A DNA stretch of 64,000 nucleotides, from NCBI RefSeq assembly GCF_009914755.1, contig NC_060927.1; one strand, 5' to 3'. The stretch's first letter is position 1. Every line of letters begins with the position of its first letter. The DNA comes from the human T2T-CHM13v2.0 reference genome, Homo sapiens. The translations under genes and the position numbers were made by a program. Of the stretch, positions 28,429-45,708 are shown piece by piece. Under the pieces are notes generated by a model. The model was not told the DNA's origin. It was given only the letters and a program-made list of their open reading frames with translations, and ran no database searches.

Positions 28429-30382
28429 TGACGTAGTTGAAAAATACCTTGAGAATTTCTACAAAGAGCCATGTAGATAGTCCAAAAAATAAGTCTCTCA
28501 AGGCATCAGAACAAAGGTGAGGATGAAGCTGTGGCATAGAAGAATTCATGGGCCAAAACATGAATGGCTGCCAACTTATCCTGTGTATTTGCAACTGCAT
28601 TTAAGAGGGTGAGGTGGAGTGGACAAGAGAGCTCAGTAGTCATTAGACCTGTTCTCAACAGCTTTTGCTTGGTAAGTCCTCAGGGGAGAGTCAGGACCTT
28701 GACACAATATGCTTCCACTTATGATAATTTACACATTTTTAACTTTAGTAATAATGTAAGCAAAAGATAGCTAAAGCAATTTTGTCAATAATAACCCAGC
28801 TATATGATGATGCACTACTTCCATGGCTCAATGAGACATTAATTAACTGCCTAACATATGCATGGCTTTGTGCTAGTTTCTTAAAGGGCTACAAAGAAAT
28901 ACAGAGCACATTTCAGCACAGATGCAGCAAGAGTCTTTCATTTTTAATTTTAGTAACACAGTTTATTAGCTCTAGCAACACCGAATTCCAAGCAAATCCA
29001 CCTACTAGTATCCGCCTACTAGATACCTACTACTATCTCACATATAATAAAACCTCAATCTAAATTCATGTGAAAGAAAATCTGTTTTATGGATCAGAAA
29101 AGTTAATGTGTATGTGTAAAAGTCATAGGATTTGGAAAGATCCTGTGGACATTATCTAATAAGAATGAAATGAAGTGTTTGAGGTAGACGAAAGCATTAT
29201 TAAACAGGTTTAAACAGGTAGTTTGTTTTGGAAATGCCTCAAAATGCCACTTTGACAAGCACACTATCTCTGAGGATCAACAAAATAATTCTAGAAGATA
29301 TATTTTTGTGCCAGGAATTAGATTATAATCAGGTATTTTTCATAGAAAAATAATTTTAAAAATCATCAAGGAAGGAAACAATCAGGTGACTTTCCAGAGA
29401 TAGAAAACTGAAGAGCAAGATGTAAATGTCTTGAGAGAAACTGTATGAAGGGCAAGTTGACCAAACTGTTGAAATTGTGATCTTTGATTTTGTGGAGGTA
29501 ATTAACATCCAACTTTAATTCTACATTACAGAAACAATAGAATCACATTGGCAGACAATGGAAAGCCTTAGAGATAAAACCAGGCCCTTGCCTAAGATAC
29601 TTGATACCTACTTTTAGGGTCTAATCAGAAATTTTGGCATCCTAAACAAGAAAGAAGCAGGGACTCAAATTGAAAGAATTTATTTTGCAGTGAGACAGGA
29701 TCTGAGGGAAAAAGGAAATGGTAGGGTTACTGAGCACACTGAGAGTATTGTGCAATTCTCCCTCACTGAACAGTTCCCTGACCTTGACCTTGAGTTTTCA
29801 GCTTCATTCAACTCCATAGACTGCCAAGGGAAGGCATCTGTTCTGGAGCTTTGCTCATCTGGTTGATAGAGGGCATAAGAATGGCACAAAGGAAGTTGTG
29901 GAGTATTTACTGGTTTGGGAGAGGACTCTTTAAAAATCATTGTTTGGGAAGTTGGAGCTCTGTAATTTCCGGTGTTAGATCAAAGCCTGGTACGTCTGAT
30001 AGGAATTAATCTTCTACTTACTTTGTGTTGAAGAGTGGCTTCCTGTGCCCAGAAATAAGTTGGAGTCATGGACGACTGAGTGGTATTTCAAACTGTAGTA
30101 AAGCATGACAACAAAATCAACTTAGTTGCACTGAGTACTGGCCATGTGGTCATTATGGGTGCTGAGCATGTCTTCCCCTTCTCATTAGACTTCAGCCTCT
30201 CTGTCTCTTACGAAGTAGACTCTCACCTTATATTGTGGACACCAGCTACTCAGTGACTATTAATATGTGAAAATTCAGAATTCTGAAGGGAAAAATTTGG
30301 AATCCTCCTTTTGACTAAGGGTAGTATATTGGCTCACAAGTTTATAATTTGCCAAAAGTCAAACCCCTAAGGAATGCATGCA

Positions 30383-30602
30383 CAGATAATCCCCAACTTC
30401 TGAGTTTTTGACTTACAATTATTCAACTTTACAATGGTAAAAAAGTAATACCCATTCAGTAGAAATTGTATTTCTCTTGCAATGCTGGGCAGTGGCAGTG
30501 AGTCACAGTTCCCCGTCAGCCATATATTTTAAATTTATGATATTTTCAACTTATGATGAGTTTATCAAGATGCAATTCCATTTTTAAGTCAAGGAGCATC
30601 TG
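30383..30602. mobile_element. MER47/Tigger5-like Tc1-mariner MITE
   Basis: Imperfect TIRs cagataatccccaactt ... aagtcaaggagcatctg followed by TA. Confidence 0.65.
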
Positions 30603-33269
30603 TATTCCATAGAGAAACACAATTAGGTTTTTAGGAAAATAAAATATTAATGATGAAAAAATATGGAATTTTAAATAGAAAAATTTATACGGACTATATT
30701 AACAAAACAGTTAAATATAAGACTCATTTGATTATGATAAACTCAAACATTACGGATGGCAGTGCAGTGGGACATCATCCTTTGGATAGCAATTTCACAA
30801 TACATATGAAATGCCATAAAAAATTTAGTAATCCCATTTATTGAAAAGTGCCAAAGACAATGTAAAAGAAAGAAAGGGGCTGTATGCAGGAAGATTATTA
30901 TCAAATTAAATTAATTAAAATGTTCAATTATAAGGCAATATTTCAGTAAAATAGATCTTATCTATTTAATGGACTATTGCCTATGTAATAAAATAATAAT
31001 TACAACTACTAAGCAGCACCATAAATATGTTAATATAAAAATGTTGAATGAGAACAACTAAATTCACTAAATTAAGGGTATATATATATATATATGTATT
31101 CTGGTTAGAGTAATAAAAAATCATCTGTGCATGGATAGACACTGAAAGGTATGATGGAGAGTCACTTTTTTCTATTGTCTTGCTTTTATGTATCAAAGGA
31201 ACGTTTTTATTTTTAATTTTGTGGGAACAAAGTCTGCCTTTTCTCGATTTTTCTCACTCTCTTCTATACATAGGTGGAGAGAAGACTAATCCGATTGGTG
31301 AGTTTGGGGGAAGGGGTCACTGCACATCTACATCCTTGCCTTTTCTCTTTTCTGGGCCTTGAAGACACAGGCTGCAGGCATTTTTGCCTTTGCTCCAGCA
31401 TCCTTCTATGGGTAAGGCTTCTGGGACAGGCCTGTCCCTTGCAGAGCGCTCCTGACATTTTCCAACTTCACTGACTATGACTAGGTGCATATGCCAATTC
31501 TATGGGGATAGGAATAAGATTGATTTTTGCTGGTTGTGTCTTTATCTGGTTTTGGTATTATGGTAATGCTGGCCTTATAAATAAGTTCAGAAGTATTCCC
31601 TCCTCTTCATTTATTTCCTTTTTTGAAATATGTTGTGTATAATTGGCATTAGTTCTTTAAATGTTTAGAAGAATTCTGCAGTGAATCTGTCAGTTCCTAG
31701 GCTTTTCTTTGATGGGATTCTTTTTATTACTGCTTTGATTTTATGACTTATTTGTCTGTTCAGGTTTTCTAATTCTTCATGGTTCAATCTTGGTAGGTTT
31801 TATGCTTCCAGACGTTCATCCATTTTTTCTAGGCTTTCAATTTTGTTGGCATATATTTGTTCATAATTGTCTCTATTGATTCTCTGTATTACTATGGTGT
31901 CAGTAGTAATGTTTCCTTTTCCCTTTTTATTTATTTGGTTCTTCTCCCTTTTTTTCTTAGTCTAGAGAGATAAAAGTTCGTCGGTGTTGGTTATCTTTTT
32001 GATAAAATAAGTTTTTGTTTTGTTGATCTTTTTCTCATTCTCAATTTTATTTGTTTCTACTCTGAACTTTATTATTTCTTTTCTTCTACTATTTTGGGTT
32101 GCTTTGTTTTTGCATTTCAAGTTCTTCGAGATTATCATTAGGTTGTTTATTTGGAGTCTTTCCATTTGTTTTTCATATAGGCATTTATTGCTATAAACTT
32201 TCCTCTTAGTAGTGCTTTTGCTGTATCCCATAGGTTCTGATATGTTGTGTTTCTATTTTTATTTGTTTCCAAAAGTTTTTAAATTTTCTTCTTAATTTCT
32301 TCATTGACCCATTGGTTGTTCATAAACTTGTTGCTTTATTTCTCAGTATTTGTTCAGTTTCCAAAGTACCTTTTGTTATTTATTTCTGTTTTTACTTTAT
32401 TATGGTGAGAAAATATACTTGATATGATTTAGAATTTTTACAATTTTTTGTCTTGTATTGTGGCCTAACATATGGTCTACGCAGTGGAAATGCTGAGAAG
32501 AAAAATGTATATTCTGCAGCAGTCAGATGAAATGTTCTGTAAATGTCTGTTAGGGCCATGTGGCCTAGAGTATAGTTTAACTCCCATGTTTCTTCATTGA
32601 TTTCCTGCCTAGATGATCTGTTCGTTATCCAAAGTGGAGTATTGAAGTCTCCTACTGTTTTTGTATTGTAATCTATCTCTCCCTTTAGATCTATTGGTAT
32701 TTGCTTTATATATCTGGGTGCTCTTGTATTGAGTAGAAAATATATTTATTATTGTTAGATCCTCTTAATGAATCATTATATAATGCTTATATAATGACCT
32801 TTATCATTATATAATGACCTTCTTTGTCGTTTGTTTGTTTTTGACTTAAAGTCTATTTTTTCCAATGTAAGTGCAGCTACTTCTGATCTTTTTTGGTTTC
32901 CATCTCCATGTAGTATCTTTTTCCATCCCTTTACCTTCAGTCTGTGTATGTTTTTATATGTGAAGTGATTTTCTTGTAGGCAGCCTAGTTTTTATTTTTA
33001 ATTTATTCAGCCACTCTATGTCTTTTAATTGTAGAATTTAGTTTATTTACATCCAATATTATCTTTAATAGGTAAGACCTTATTCCTACTATTTTGTTAT
33101 TTGTTTCCTAGTTTTTGTGTAATTCCTGTCTTCCTTTACTACTGTCTTTATACATGGTTAAGTGATTTTCTTTGGTACTACATTTTAAATTGTTGTTTTT
33201 CAACTTTTGAGTGTCTTATACATTTTTGCTTTTTTGTTACCATGAAACTTACTAAAATCATCCTGTAGT

Positions 33270-33567
33270 GGCTGAGCACAGTGACTCACGCATGTAATCC
33301 CAGCACTTTGGAAGGCTGAGGTGCGTGGATCACCTGAGGTCAGAAGTTCAAGACCAGCCTGGCCAAATTGGTGAAACCCCATCTCTACTAAAAATACAAA
33401 AAATTAACCGGGTATGGTGGTAGGCACCTGTAATCTTAGCTACTTGGGAGGCTGAGGCAGAAGAATCACTTGAATCCAGGAGGCGGATGTTGCAGTGAGC
33501 CGAGATCATGCCTTTGTGCTCCAGCCTGGGCAAGAAGAGTGAAACTCTGTCTCAAAAGGAAAAAAAG
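33270..33567 (+). mobile_element. AluSq/Sp-like nested in old L1
   Basis: Full dimer; degenerate TSD aatcatcctgta/aatcattctata. Confidence 0.95.
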
Positions 33568-34689
33568 AATCATTCTATACTTATAACAAATATTTAAAAC
33601 TAATACTGACTTAACTATGAATGCAACCACAACAAAAAAGAAATCAAACAACTTGCAGGACAAAAACCTGGTATACATTGTGAATTAATTCCCTTCTTCC
33701 TCTACATTTTGAATTTTTTGTGTCACAATTCACATTTTTATATTTCTTATTGCTTTACAAATTTTTGTAGTCATTCTCACTTTTAATAGTTTTGTGGTTT
33801 GATATTCTCACTAAAGACACAAGTGCTGTAAACACCACAATTACAATATTAATATTGCAATTACATTAGCATCCTTTTCTTTCAGTTTGAAGAACTGCCT
33901 TTAGCATTTCTTGTAGAATAGGTCTGGTAGTGATAAATTCTCTCAGCTTTTGTTGTCTGGGAAAGTCTTTATCTCTTCTTCATTTCTGAAGGATAAGTTC
34001 ACTGGGCACAGTGTTCTTGTTTAACAATTTTTTCCCCTCAGAACTCTGAATATATTGTCCCATTCTCTCCTGGCCTGTAAGGTTTCAGCTGAAAGCCTGT
34101 TGCCAGGCATATTAAATCTTCCTTTACATGTTTTTTCCTTCTTTTCTCTCACTGCGTTCAGGATCCTCTCTTTGCCTACCACCTTTTAGAATTTGACTGT
34201 AATATTTCTTGGGGTATTCTTATTTGGGTTGAATCCGACTGGTGACCTTAGACCTTCCTTTAGCTGACTATTTATATCTTTCTGCAGGTATGAAAAGTTT
34301 TCTATTGTTTCTATGGTTCCATCCAACCATTTTGTCTTTCTCAATTCCCTCTTTAACTCCAGTAACCTAAATATTGCTCTTTTTGTGTCATCCAATAGAT
34401 CACATAAGCTTTGTTTTTTTCTTTATATTCTTTTTTCATTTTCTTCTTCTGACTATATATTTTCAAATAGTCTGTCTTCAAGCTCACTGATTCTTCTCTT
34501 TTTTTTTCATTGATGCAGATCTTGATACTCTGTTGCATTTTTTATTTCATTCATTGTATTTTTCAGTTCCAGGATTTCTGGGGGTTTGCTTATTTTTTGT
34601 TTGTTTTGCTTTCGTTATTTCATCTCTCTGTTAAGTTTCTCTGATAAATTCCAAATTGATTCTCTTTGTTTTCTTGATGTTTGTTTTCT

Positions 34690-36553
<1,864 letters not shown>

Positions 36554-38659
36554 TTAAAATAGCTTTGTTGAATTATTTTCCTGAGGGATTACACATCTCC
36601 ATTACTTTAGGGCTAGTTTCTGGTGCCTTATTTTGCCTGCTTGATGAGGTCATATTTTCCTGATTGTTCTTGATGCTTGTAGAGTGTGATATTGTCTATA
36701 CATTGAGTGCTTAGGTAAGTATTTTAGTCTTCACAGGCTGGCTTTTTATGTGCCTGTCCTTCAGAGGGCCATCTGGAGATTCTAAACTGACTGATTGTTC
36801 TGTTTCCTGAGCCTGTGACCACGGTAGTCATCTTAGCCTTAGTGGATTCTCTAAGTCCAGGTTTGTCAAAAGTCTCACAAAGGCTCAGAGGTTGACATGG
36901 CTTTCCAGCCTATTTAGACCTGAGGAAGATCTAAGTAAGGTACGAAGGCTGTGTGAGAATGCTGCCCAGGTACCTGAGTCTAGAAGGATATCCCAGTGGC
37001 ATAGATAGGTGTGCCCCCCAGTAGGTATTTGCACAGGCAGGAATGGTTTCCAACTACAACAAGAAGAACTAAAGATGGGACTAGACCCCCTTGGGATCTG
37101 CTATGGGACAGGCTGAAGAGACCATCTCTTTGATCCAGACAGGTACATAGTTCTCCGCAAGTCCTTGTACAGGTGGGATAGATTCCTGTTTGTAGTGAGA
37201 GGGACCAGATCTAACACTGAGCCTCTTTGGGATCTGCTGTGGAAAAGAAGTTGGCTGGTGTGCCTGTCTAGGAGGGTTAGATTCCCAGGCTGGGAAATAT
37301 GGGCAAGTCTCCTCTGAGTCATTGTGTGAGCAGCTCTGAGCTGGGAGGTCAACTGAAGAAGGCTGGAGTAGCACCACAGGGCAACTTTCGGGTTCTACTG
37401 CCAAGATCAATGTTAGTGAGCAGACCAGCCTTTCTGCCAAGGGACTGGGGTGCTCAATTTCTTCAGGACCACATGGCAGCTGATTTTGGGCTCAGGTTCA
37501 AAGCCAAACAGGGCTGTAGCCAAGCCCCTTGGGGGACTGAACTATTACTGGACTTGAACCCAGAAGCAAGCTCAGCAGATCAGCCACCTGGATGTTGATC
37601 TGCACTTTTGAAACAACATTCCAAGGACTTGAGCTCTACCAGGGTTTCACAAACTCCTACCTGAATCCTGAGGCTCTCACAGACAGACTTTTGACTCTAG
37701 GTTTTTAGGGGGCATTAGCAGACTACCTTCTATTTTACCATTTTGGTGACATCAGTCCTTCTATGATTCTCTTTATCATATTTATAAGATTATCTCATTT
37801 GTCCAACAAATTTAATCTCACCGTATCTGAGAGACCCACTGTTGGTTGCCATGGAGGTTCTATGTTGAAAATAATACCAAAAAAAGATGAATATAAATTT
37901 GAACTATCAAATTCTATGGACAACTCAATAAAAATGTTTTATTCATTTCTTAGTTATTGAGCAGGAAGTCTTAAAGTATCGAATTATCTATTATTAAGAC
38001 AGTATATATTTAAAATATTTTATTAAAATTTGATTTGAATGATCAATAATTCAAAATTAATCATTAAAATAACTATGTACTCATTGTTATTACTCTCAAC
38101 TAAAACTGAATAAATTGAAAATTACAGAGGATTAATGACCTCATCAAGGTCATAGAGGTAGTAAATGGAAGGGTACTTAATCATGAGGCTATTTAAGTGT
38201 CATGGTGAATTCACAAACTGGTTACAGAAAGAGTTGAGATGGTTCATGTCAAAGTAGGTGGCTCCCTATTCTTACAACTATAGCTGGCATTACTGTTTAT
38301 CAACACTGACAAGCTTGTCACATAATCTAACACTGGTGTAAGTTCATGACAAAAGTCTCTTTTGAAAGGTCTTTAGACACAGATGTCTCTTTGCTGGGAT
38401 CTGTGAACTGAATCATGGTTACAGAAAGGCTGACAATCTTTCAGCAGGGCCTGATGGTGAACTTCAGCAATTATGACAGTTTTCACAGTTGCTTAGCATC
38501 GAGACAGAGAATCTGAAAGGTGGTTTTTTGGGGACTTCACAGAAAAAATGTCCTCTAGTGATAAATGGAATAAAGTCTAATAATGTGCTGAAAGATTCTC
38601 TAAAGGGCGGAGCTTATTTGGGGGAAGTTTCTGAATTATAACATCTGCCACCTTGCATT

Positions 38660-38885
38660 TTAGAGAGCTTTTGTCTGTGAAGGCTAAAAGAATGGCCACT
38701 TGTAGAGTATACTTGAAAAAGAATTAGGTTTAGTCTAAATTGTATCATTTGACCTTCAGGATCTCTTTCAGTCCTAGGTGGAAGACAATTTTAAGGAAAA
38801 AAAACCTACTCTTTCATACCTCACCATTTTCGTTTCCATAAATTGTCCTCCTTTCATCAGCTCATCTCTGAAATTCTACAAGGAG
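38660..38885 (+). other. Candidate non-coding first exon of a plus-strand transcript (probably a long CLDN16 5'UTR isoform)
   Basis: GC box GGGCGGAG ~38605 and TATAA-like ~38637 upstream, unique sequence, consensus donor GAG|GTAAGT at 38886. Start coordinate and gene assignment come from recollection and are approximate. Confidence 0.5.
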
Positions 38886-39544
38886 GTAAGTGATAAAAGC
38901 AATTTATCTTCTTTTGCCAACTATCTCACCTGCTTAGCAATGAGTATCTTAAAATAGAGGGGTAATACAACCTTTATCTTACAGAAAGGATGTAGGAAAA
39001 TCACAGATAAATAATTATTACAATTCTAATTTATTAGGGATATGTGAAAGAAAATTATATCAAAGTAGTGAAAGAAATGAAGAGGAATTAATTGCTTTTT
39101 AGTTATTTATCAAATACTAGCTTTGGGCTAGGCACAGTTCTAGAAATGAGATATAGCAGTAAATGAAAACAAAAAAATTCTACATATCTGTGGGAATATA
39201 AAAAATGTGCATGTAAGCCAATAACTGTCAGTTGGTGATAAGAATTATGAAGAAAAAAACAAGTAGGATGTTAGAGAGTAATGAGGGGCTGGGTTATGTA
39301 CTATTTTCTATATGATGGTCTTGGGAAGCTTCTTGGATGAGGTGACATTTGAGCATAATGAATGCTATGCGGAACCATAGCATGTGGATATCTAGAGAAA
39401 AACAATCTAGGCAGAGGGTACAGCAAATGTAAATGGCCTGCAGTGGGACTATCCCTTTGATATCTGAGGAAGAGCAAGGGGATCAATGTGGCTGTTGAAG
39501 AATGTGTCAAGGAGAGGTGATGGTATCAGAGAAACAAAAGGCCA

Positions 39545-41676
39545 TGTATTAGTCTGTTCTCATACTACTATAAAGAACTCCCCAAGACTGGGTAAATTAT
39601 TAAAAAAGAGGTTTAATTGACTCACAGCTCCACACAGCTGGGGAGACCTCAGGAAACTTACAATCATGGTGGAAGGGGAGGCAGTCACATCTTATATGGC
39701 CACAGGCAAGAGAGGGTGTAACAGAAGTGAAGAGAGAAGAGCCCCCTATGAAACCATCAGATCTCATGAGAACTCACTCACTATCATGAGGACAGCATGG
39801 GGGAAACCACCTCCATGATCCAGTCACCTCCCATCAGGTCCCTCCCTCAACACACAGGGATTAAAATTTGAGATGTATTTGGGTAGAAACACAAAGCAAA
39901 ACCATATTATTTTGCCCCTGGTCCCTCTTAAATATTACATCTTTCACATTTCAAAACTAATTATCTGAGACAAGTCAAGTCCCTTCCACCTAGGAGCCTG
40001 TAAAATAATAATAATAATAATAATAAAGTTAGTTCCTTCCAAGATACAATGGGGATACAGGCACTGGGTAAATACACTCATTTGAAATGGAAGAAATTGG
40101 CCAAAACAAAGGTGCTACAGGCCCCATGCAAGTCCAAAATCCAATAGGGCAGTTATTAAATCTTAAAGCTTCAAAATAATCCCCTTGACTCCATGTCTCA
40201 CGTCCAGGGCACACTGATTAAGGGGGCGGGCCCCCACAGCCTTGGGAAACTCCTTCATGGGCTGGTATTGAGTGGCCTGTGGCTTTTCCAGGTGCACATT
40301 GCAAGCTGTTGGTGGATCCAACATTCTGGGGTCTGAAGGTTTGTGGACCTCTTCTCATAGCTCCATTAGGCAGTGACCCAGTGAAGACTCTGTGTGGGGC
40401 CTCCAACCCCACATTTATTTCCCTTCTGCACCACCGTAGCAGAGGTTCTCCATGAGGGCTCTGCTCCTGCAGCAGACTTATGCCTGGACATCCAGGCATT
40501 TTCATACATCCTCTGAAATTCAGGTGGAGGTTCCCAAACCTCAATTCTTGACTTCTGTGGACTCACAGGCACAACAGCACGTGAAAGTCACCAAGGCTTG
40601 GGACTTACACCTTCTGAAACGATGGCCCAAGCTGTACCTTGGCCCCTTTTAGCCACAGCTGGAATGCATGGCATCAAGTTTCAAGGCTGTATACAGCAGT
40701 ATGGCCCTGAGCCCAGCCCATGAAACCAGTTTTTCCTCCTAGGTCTCTGGGCCTATGATGGAAAGGGCTGCCTCAAAGATCTCTGACATGCCCTGGAGAT
40801 ATTTTCCCCATTGTCTTGGCTATTAATGTTTGGCTCCTTATTACTTATGCAAATTTCTGCAGCTGGCTTGAATTTCTCCCCAGAAATGGGTTTTTCTTTT
40901 TCTATTGCATCATCAGGCTGCAAATTTTCCAAACTTTTATGCTCTGCTTCCCTTTTAAACATAACTTCCAATTTCAGATCATCTCTCTCAAGTTTAAAGT
41001 TCCACATATCTCTAGGGAAGAGGCAAAATGCCACCAGTCTCTTTGCTAAAGCATAGCAAAAGTGATCTTCATTCCAGTTCCCAGTAAGTTCCTCATCTCC
41101 ATCTGAGACCACCTCAGCTTGGACTTCATTGTCCACATCACTATCAGCATTTTGGTCAAAACCATTCAACAAGTCTCTAGGAAGTTCCAAACTTTCCCAC
41201 ATCTTCCTGTTTTCTTCTGAGGCCTCCAAACTGTTCCAACCTCTGCCTGTTACCCAGTTCCAAAGTTGCTTCCACATTTTCTGCATCTTTATAGCAGTAC
41301 CTCATTGCCTCAGTACCAATTTACTGTATTAGTCTATTTTAACACTGCTATAAAGAACTACGAATTTTAAAGAAAAGATGTTTATTGGACTCACAGTTCC
41401 ACATGGCTGGGGAGGCCTCAGAAAACGTATAATCATGGTGGAAGGGGAAACAGGCATGTCTTACATGGCAGCAGGCAAGAGAATGTGTGAAGGAAGTGAA
41501 GGGGTAAGAGCACCTTATAAAACTATTGGATCTCATGAGAACACTCACTATCACAAGAACAGTATGGGGGAACCACCCCCATGATCCTATCATCTCCCAC
41601 CACGTCCCTCCCTCAACACCTGGTGATTACTATTTGAAATGATATTTGGGTGGGAACACAAAGCCAATCCATATCA
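39545..41676 (-). mobile_element. Complete THE1D-like MaLR provirus (LTR 39545-39909, internal, LTR 41325-41676) inserted in an L2
   Basis: Two direct LTRs, 5 bp TSD ggcca at 39540-39544 and 41677-41681, MaLR internal ORF remnant 40753-41286 (WESLELPRDLLNGFDQNADSD). Confidence 0.93.
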
Positions 41677-44600
41677 GGCCATGTAATATATAGGACCTTG
41701 TAGATCATATTCCAAGGTGTAGAATTTGAGTTTTATTCTAAGTGTAAAAGCCTTAGATGGTTTTGAGCAGAAGGGAAACACAATTATGAATTGAGTTGTA
41801 AGATAATCATGCTGCTCTCTGGAAATTAGACCATGAGTGGACAAGGATTAAAGTCCAGTGACCAATGAAAAGGTCCAATAAAATATCAATAGTTCAAATG
41901 AGGGACTGTGGGGTTTGGACTAATATCCAATTGAGAAGTGAGCAGGGATCAGATTTGGGGTAAACTGTAAACTATAGCTAACAGGATTTAATAATGGATT
42001 GGACATAGCGTATGAGACAAAGAATGTATTCAACAGTATTGTCAAGACCTTGGCTCACTGGCTAAAGAAACAGAGAAACAGTTAAACCGAGAAGATTAGA
42101 ATCTCAGGTTTTTGTTTTGTTTGCTGTTGGTAGGGGACAAAGGGTCTAAAAGAGGGAGGACAGAGGGAGAGAAATGGGATCAATAATTTGGTTTCGTTCA
42201 TGTTTTGTTTGAGATTCCTATTAGACATTTTAGTGGAAATACTGAGCAAGTACTGTATAACAAGTGTGGAGTTCAATAAACAAATGATTCTGGAGTTTTA
42301 AGTTTGTGACAGTTTTAGATGAGTTTTGGTTGAAAAGTCTTGACAGAATGTCAGGAAGGAGAAACCAGAGGCTGTCTATTGTCCTGAGAATTGCTTTCTG
42401 TTGGGATTTACCCTAATCTGGGGGATTTTTCAGCTAGGGCAGAGTTTTGTGCTTGTATTTAACTTAAAATGCTTCCTTCTAAACTACTTCAAATCTCAAC
42501 CATGTCTCATAATGTTTACACATCTAAGTTCTGACCTCATGACTTTATCAAAGTAGACACTTAGTTCAACTAAAAAAATGGAACAATTTAAGCTGCTAGT
42601 ATTAAATAAGTGTTCAGAGCACACCACATGTAGTTGATAGCTGTGGGCACTTAATTCATACTTTTGGTTGAATGAGAGGCTGATTGGCATTGAAAGACAA
42701 TGTATTAATAGTCAAAGTAAATAAGCATTGTCTAAAATTTTAATATTGAATGTAAATTAATTTAATTTTTAAATTTTCTGGATTGTGCACGCTTTTACTT
42801 ACTTTTTTTAAATAAGGAGAGTTTTAAAAGCCAGTAATAATAAAAACAAGTTTCAAAACATGTCCTGTTTAAACAATTAACAAAATAAACTTTCTTTAAA
42901 AGTTTGAAATTATCATTTTACACAAATTATTAATATATTCAATAAACAAAGCTTTTATATTTTAATTTAAAAACAATTTCTTCTGAAGAACATTTTTTAC
43001 CCTAATCTTTTCTGTAGAACCATATTATTGATTCTGACAATTTACAATGTTCTTACTATATTAAATAGTGTAATTTAAACTATAAACCACATGACTTATA
43101 AAAACTGGATTAAAAAGTGCTTTTGAAAATGTCTTGCAAACTCAGTAAGAAAGTAATAAATATGAGGATTAAATCATGAAGTTATCACCACATTTTATTG
43201 TTGTCTTCTCCAGTAAACTCAAAATATAATGTGGAGACTGTTAGTCTTTTCTAGCTTTATTTTAATCATGTTCTAACAGATAATAAACTGAAAACATGGG
43301 AATTCAATAGAGGCATTATCTCAGGGCTCGAAATTATAAAAATTAAGACAATTTCCCTATAAATTTTTACAGTATTATAGGCAAGACACGCTCATATTCA
43401 TATTTAATGAATATAAGTTATCAGATGCCTACTAAGTGCCAGGTACCAAGCAAGATACTTTCTCATTTCTCTGACAGTCTTAAGATGAGATTGTGTGGTT
43501 GTCAGGTACACAATGATACACAGAAACAATAACTGATTACATTCATCATGATGCAGTGATTTAAAATATCTATGACCTGCAATAAACTCAGAGAAAAAAA
43601 GCATGAATGGTACCCGTCTTAGAGGAAAAGAGAATCTTTATAAAAGCAAATTTTCTTTCCTTAACAAACCTATGGCTTAGGTTGGACAGAAAGGATTAAT
43701 CCTAACCTTTTCTTTGTGGGATTTCTTTTCTTTTTTCGGAGTTGGACTCCCTCACAGTGAGGTGGCAGTTTAGACTTAAAACGATTAAACAGCATAGGAA
43801 ACTTAATACCAACCTACTTAATTTCCTAGGATTCCTGGCTGGAATACTAGGCTGTTTTGTAAATGTACAACCTGAGATCACAGAGCATTGGAAGCTGCTT
43901 GTACAGAAGAAAAAGATCAGTACTTGAACTCAGAAGATCCATGTTTACATCTTAGCTCCGTTGTTTTTATGAGTTTGGGCAAAACTCTTCTTTTTTACAG
44001 GCCTCAATCTAACAATTTGTATAAAAGGAGATCAGTGAATATGTTAGTCAGGACTCTGTCTGAACTAAATGTAGAAATACACATCAAAATACATTAAGAA
44101 AATATTAAATGTATATGTTCATAAAACTGAAAATTCTAGGCTTATAACTCACTCTACGTGGGGCTGGATCAAGAGGCTTGATTTATGTAATCAGGCATTT
44201 TTCTTCTCCAGCCTCAGTTCTGCTCTTTTCATAGTTATGTTCATTTGATTTTTTATTGGCTCTAGGGTTTTTTATTTCATCTTCTAAATGAAGAGTTTTC
44301 TTCCCTGATAATTATAATAAAAGCTCTGAAATGGAGCCTCATTGATCTGACTTGAGTCATATACTCTACCTTAATCATTATACATTAGTTTATTAATTTA
44401 TTTGCTAGTTACTATTTGAGCTTTACTATGTGATAGGCACTGTTCTAAACATTTGTGATACAATGACGAGCATAATATACATAAACATATAAAATAGCTG
44501 CTTTTATAAAGCATTCATTCTCATGAAACAGTCAGGCAATACAGTAATGCATGAATAAAAATATAATATTCTGTCATTCTTGTCATGTTACAAAGAAAAA

Positions 44601-44726
44601 TAAAGCAGGGAAAGAGAATAGAGTGTCATAGGTGGCTACTTTATAAAGGGTGGTCAGAGAGGTCTTTTCTGGTAAGAAAATTCTTCTGGGAGAAAACTGA
44701 TGCTGCGAAAAAAGCAGTAAGTTTAA

Positions 44727-45143
<417 letters not shown>

Positions 45144-45708
45144 CAGATTTAATTTTAAGTGATGTGGAAATCTTGGAGGATTGTGAACAGTAGAGTGATA
45201 AGATAATTACCTAACATGTCTTCCAAAGATCTTGCTGCTAGATAGAGAATAAACAGTAGGACCACAGTCAGAATGGTGTCACTGGGTTTTTACAACAAAG
45301 TAGCCCTGAGCCACAGACTGTCTTACTCATCTCTTTATACCATTTCTGTTTGGATAAAGATTTGACACATATTAAACACAAAATAACTAAACACAAAAGT
45401 AAACACAAATGTTTCATTGTAGAGTGAGTAGTTTCACTGATAACATTTCAGTAAAATTGCTTTGCTTCCAGTCTTATGAAGAACTAAAATAGCAAAGTGG
45501 CTGCATTTAGACTCATTTTTCAGTTTGTTCTTTTTAGATAAAAAGTCACATCAACAGAAAATGTCCTTAATTCTGTAATATGGAATTCTCAATGCTGAGT
45601 CCATATATTATTCTGACAGACAGACACGAGGCAGGATGATATTTGAAAACGGGGAAAGGACTCTACCCAAATGTGTGCTTGAAATTGAAGATATAGGCTT
45701 TCATTTTA

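Noticed and set aside
32770-32822. Short repeats of ttatataatgacctt
   Set aside because: Small slippage duplication inside a decayed L1; no sign of function.
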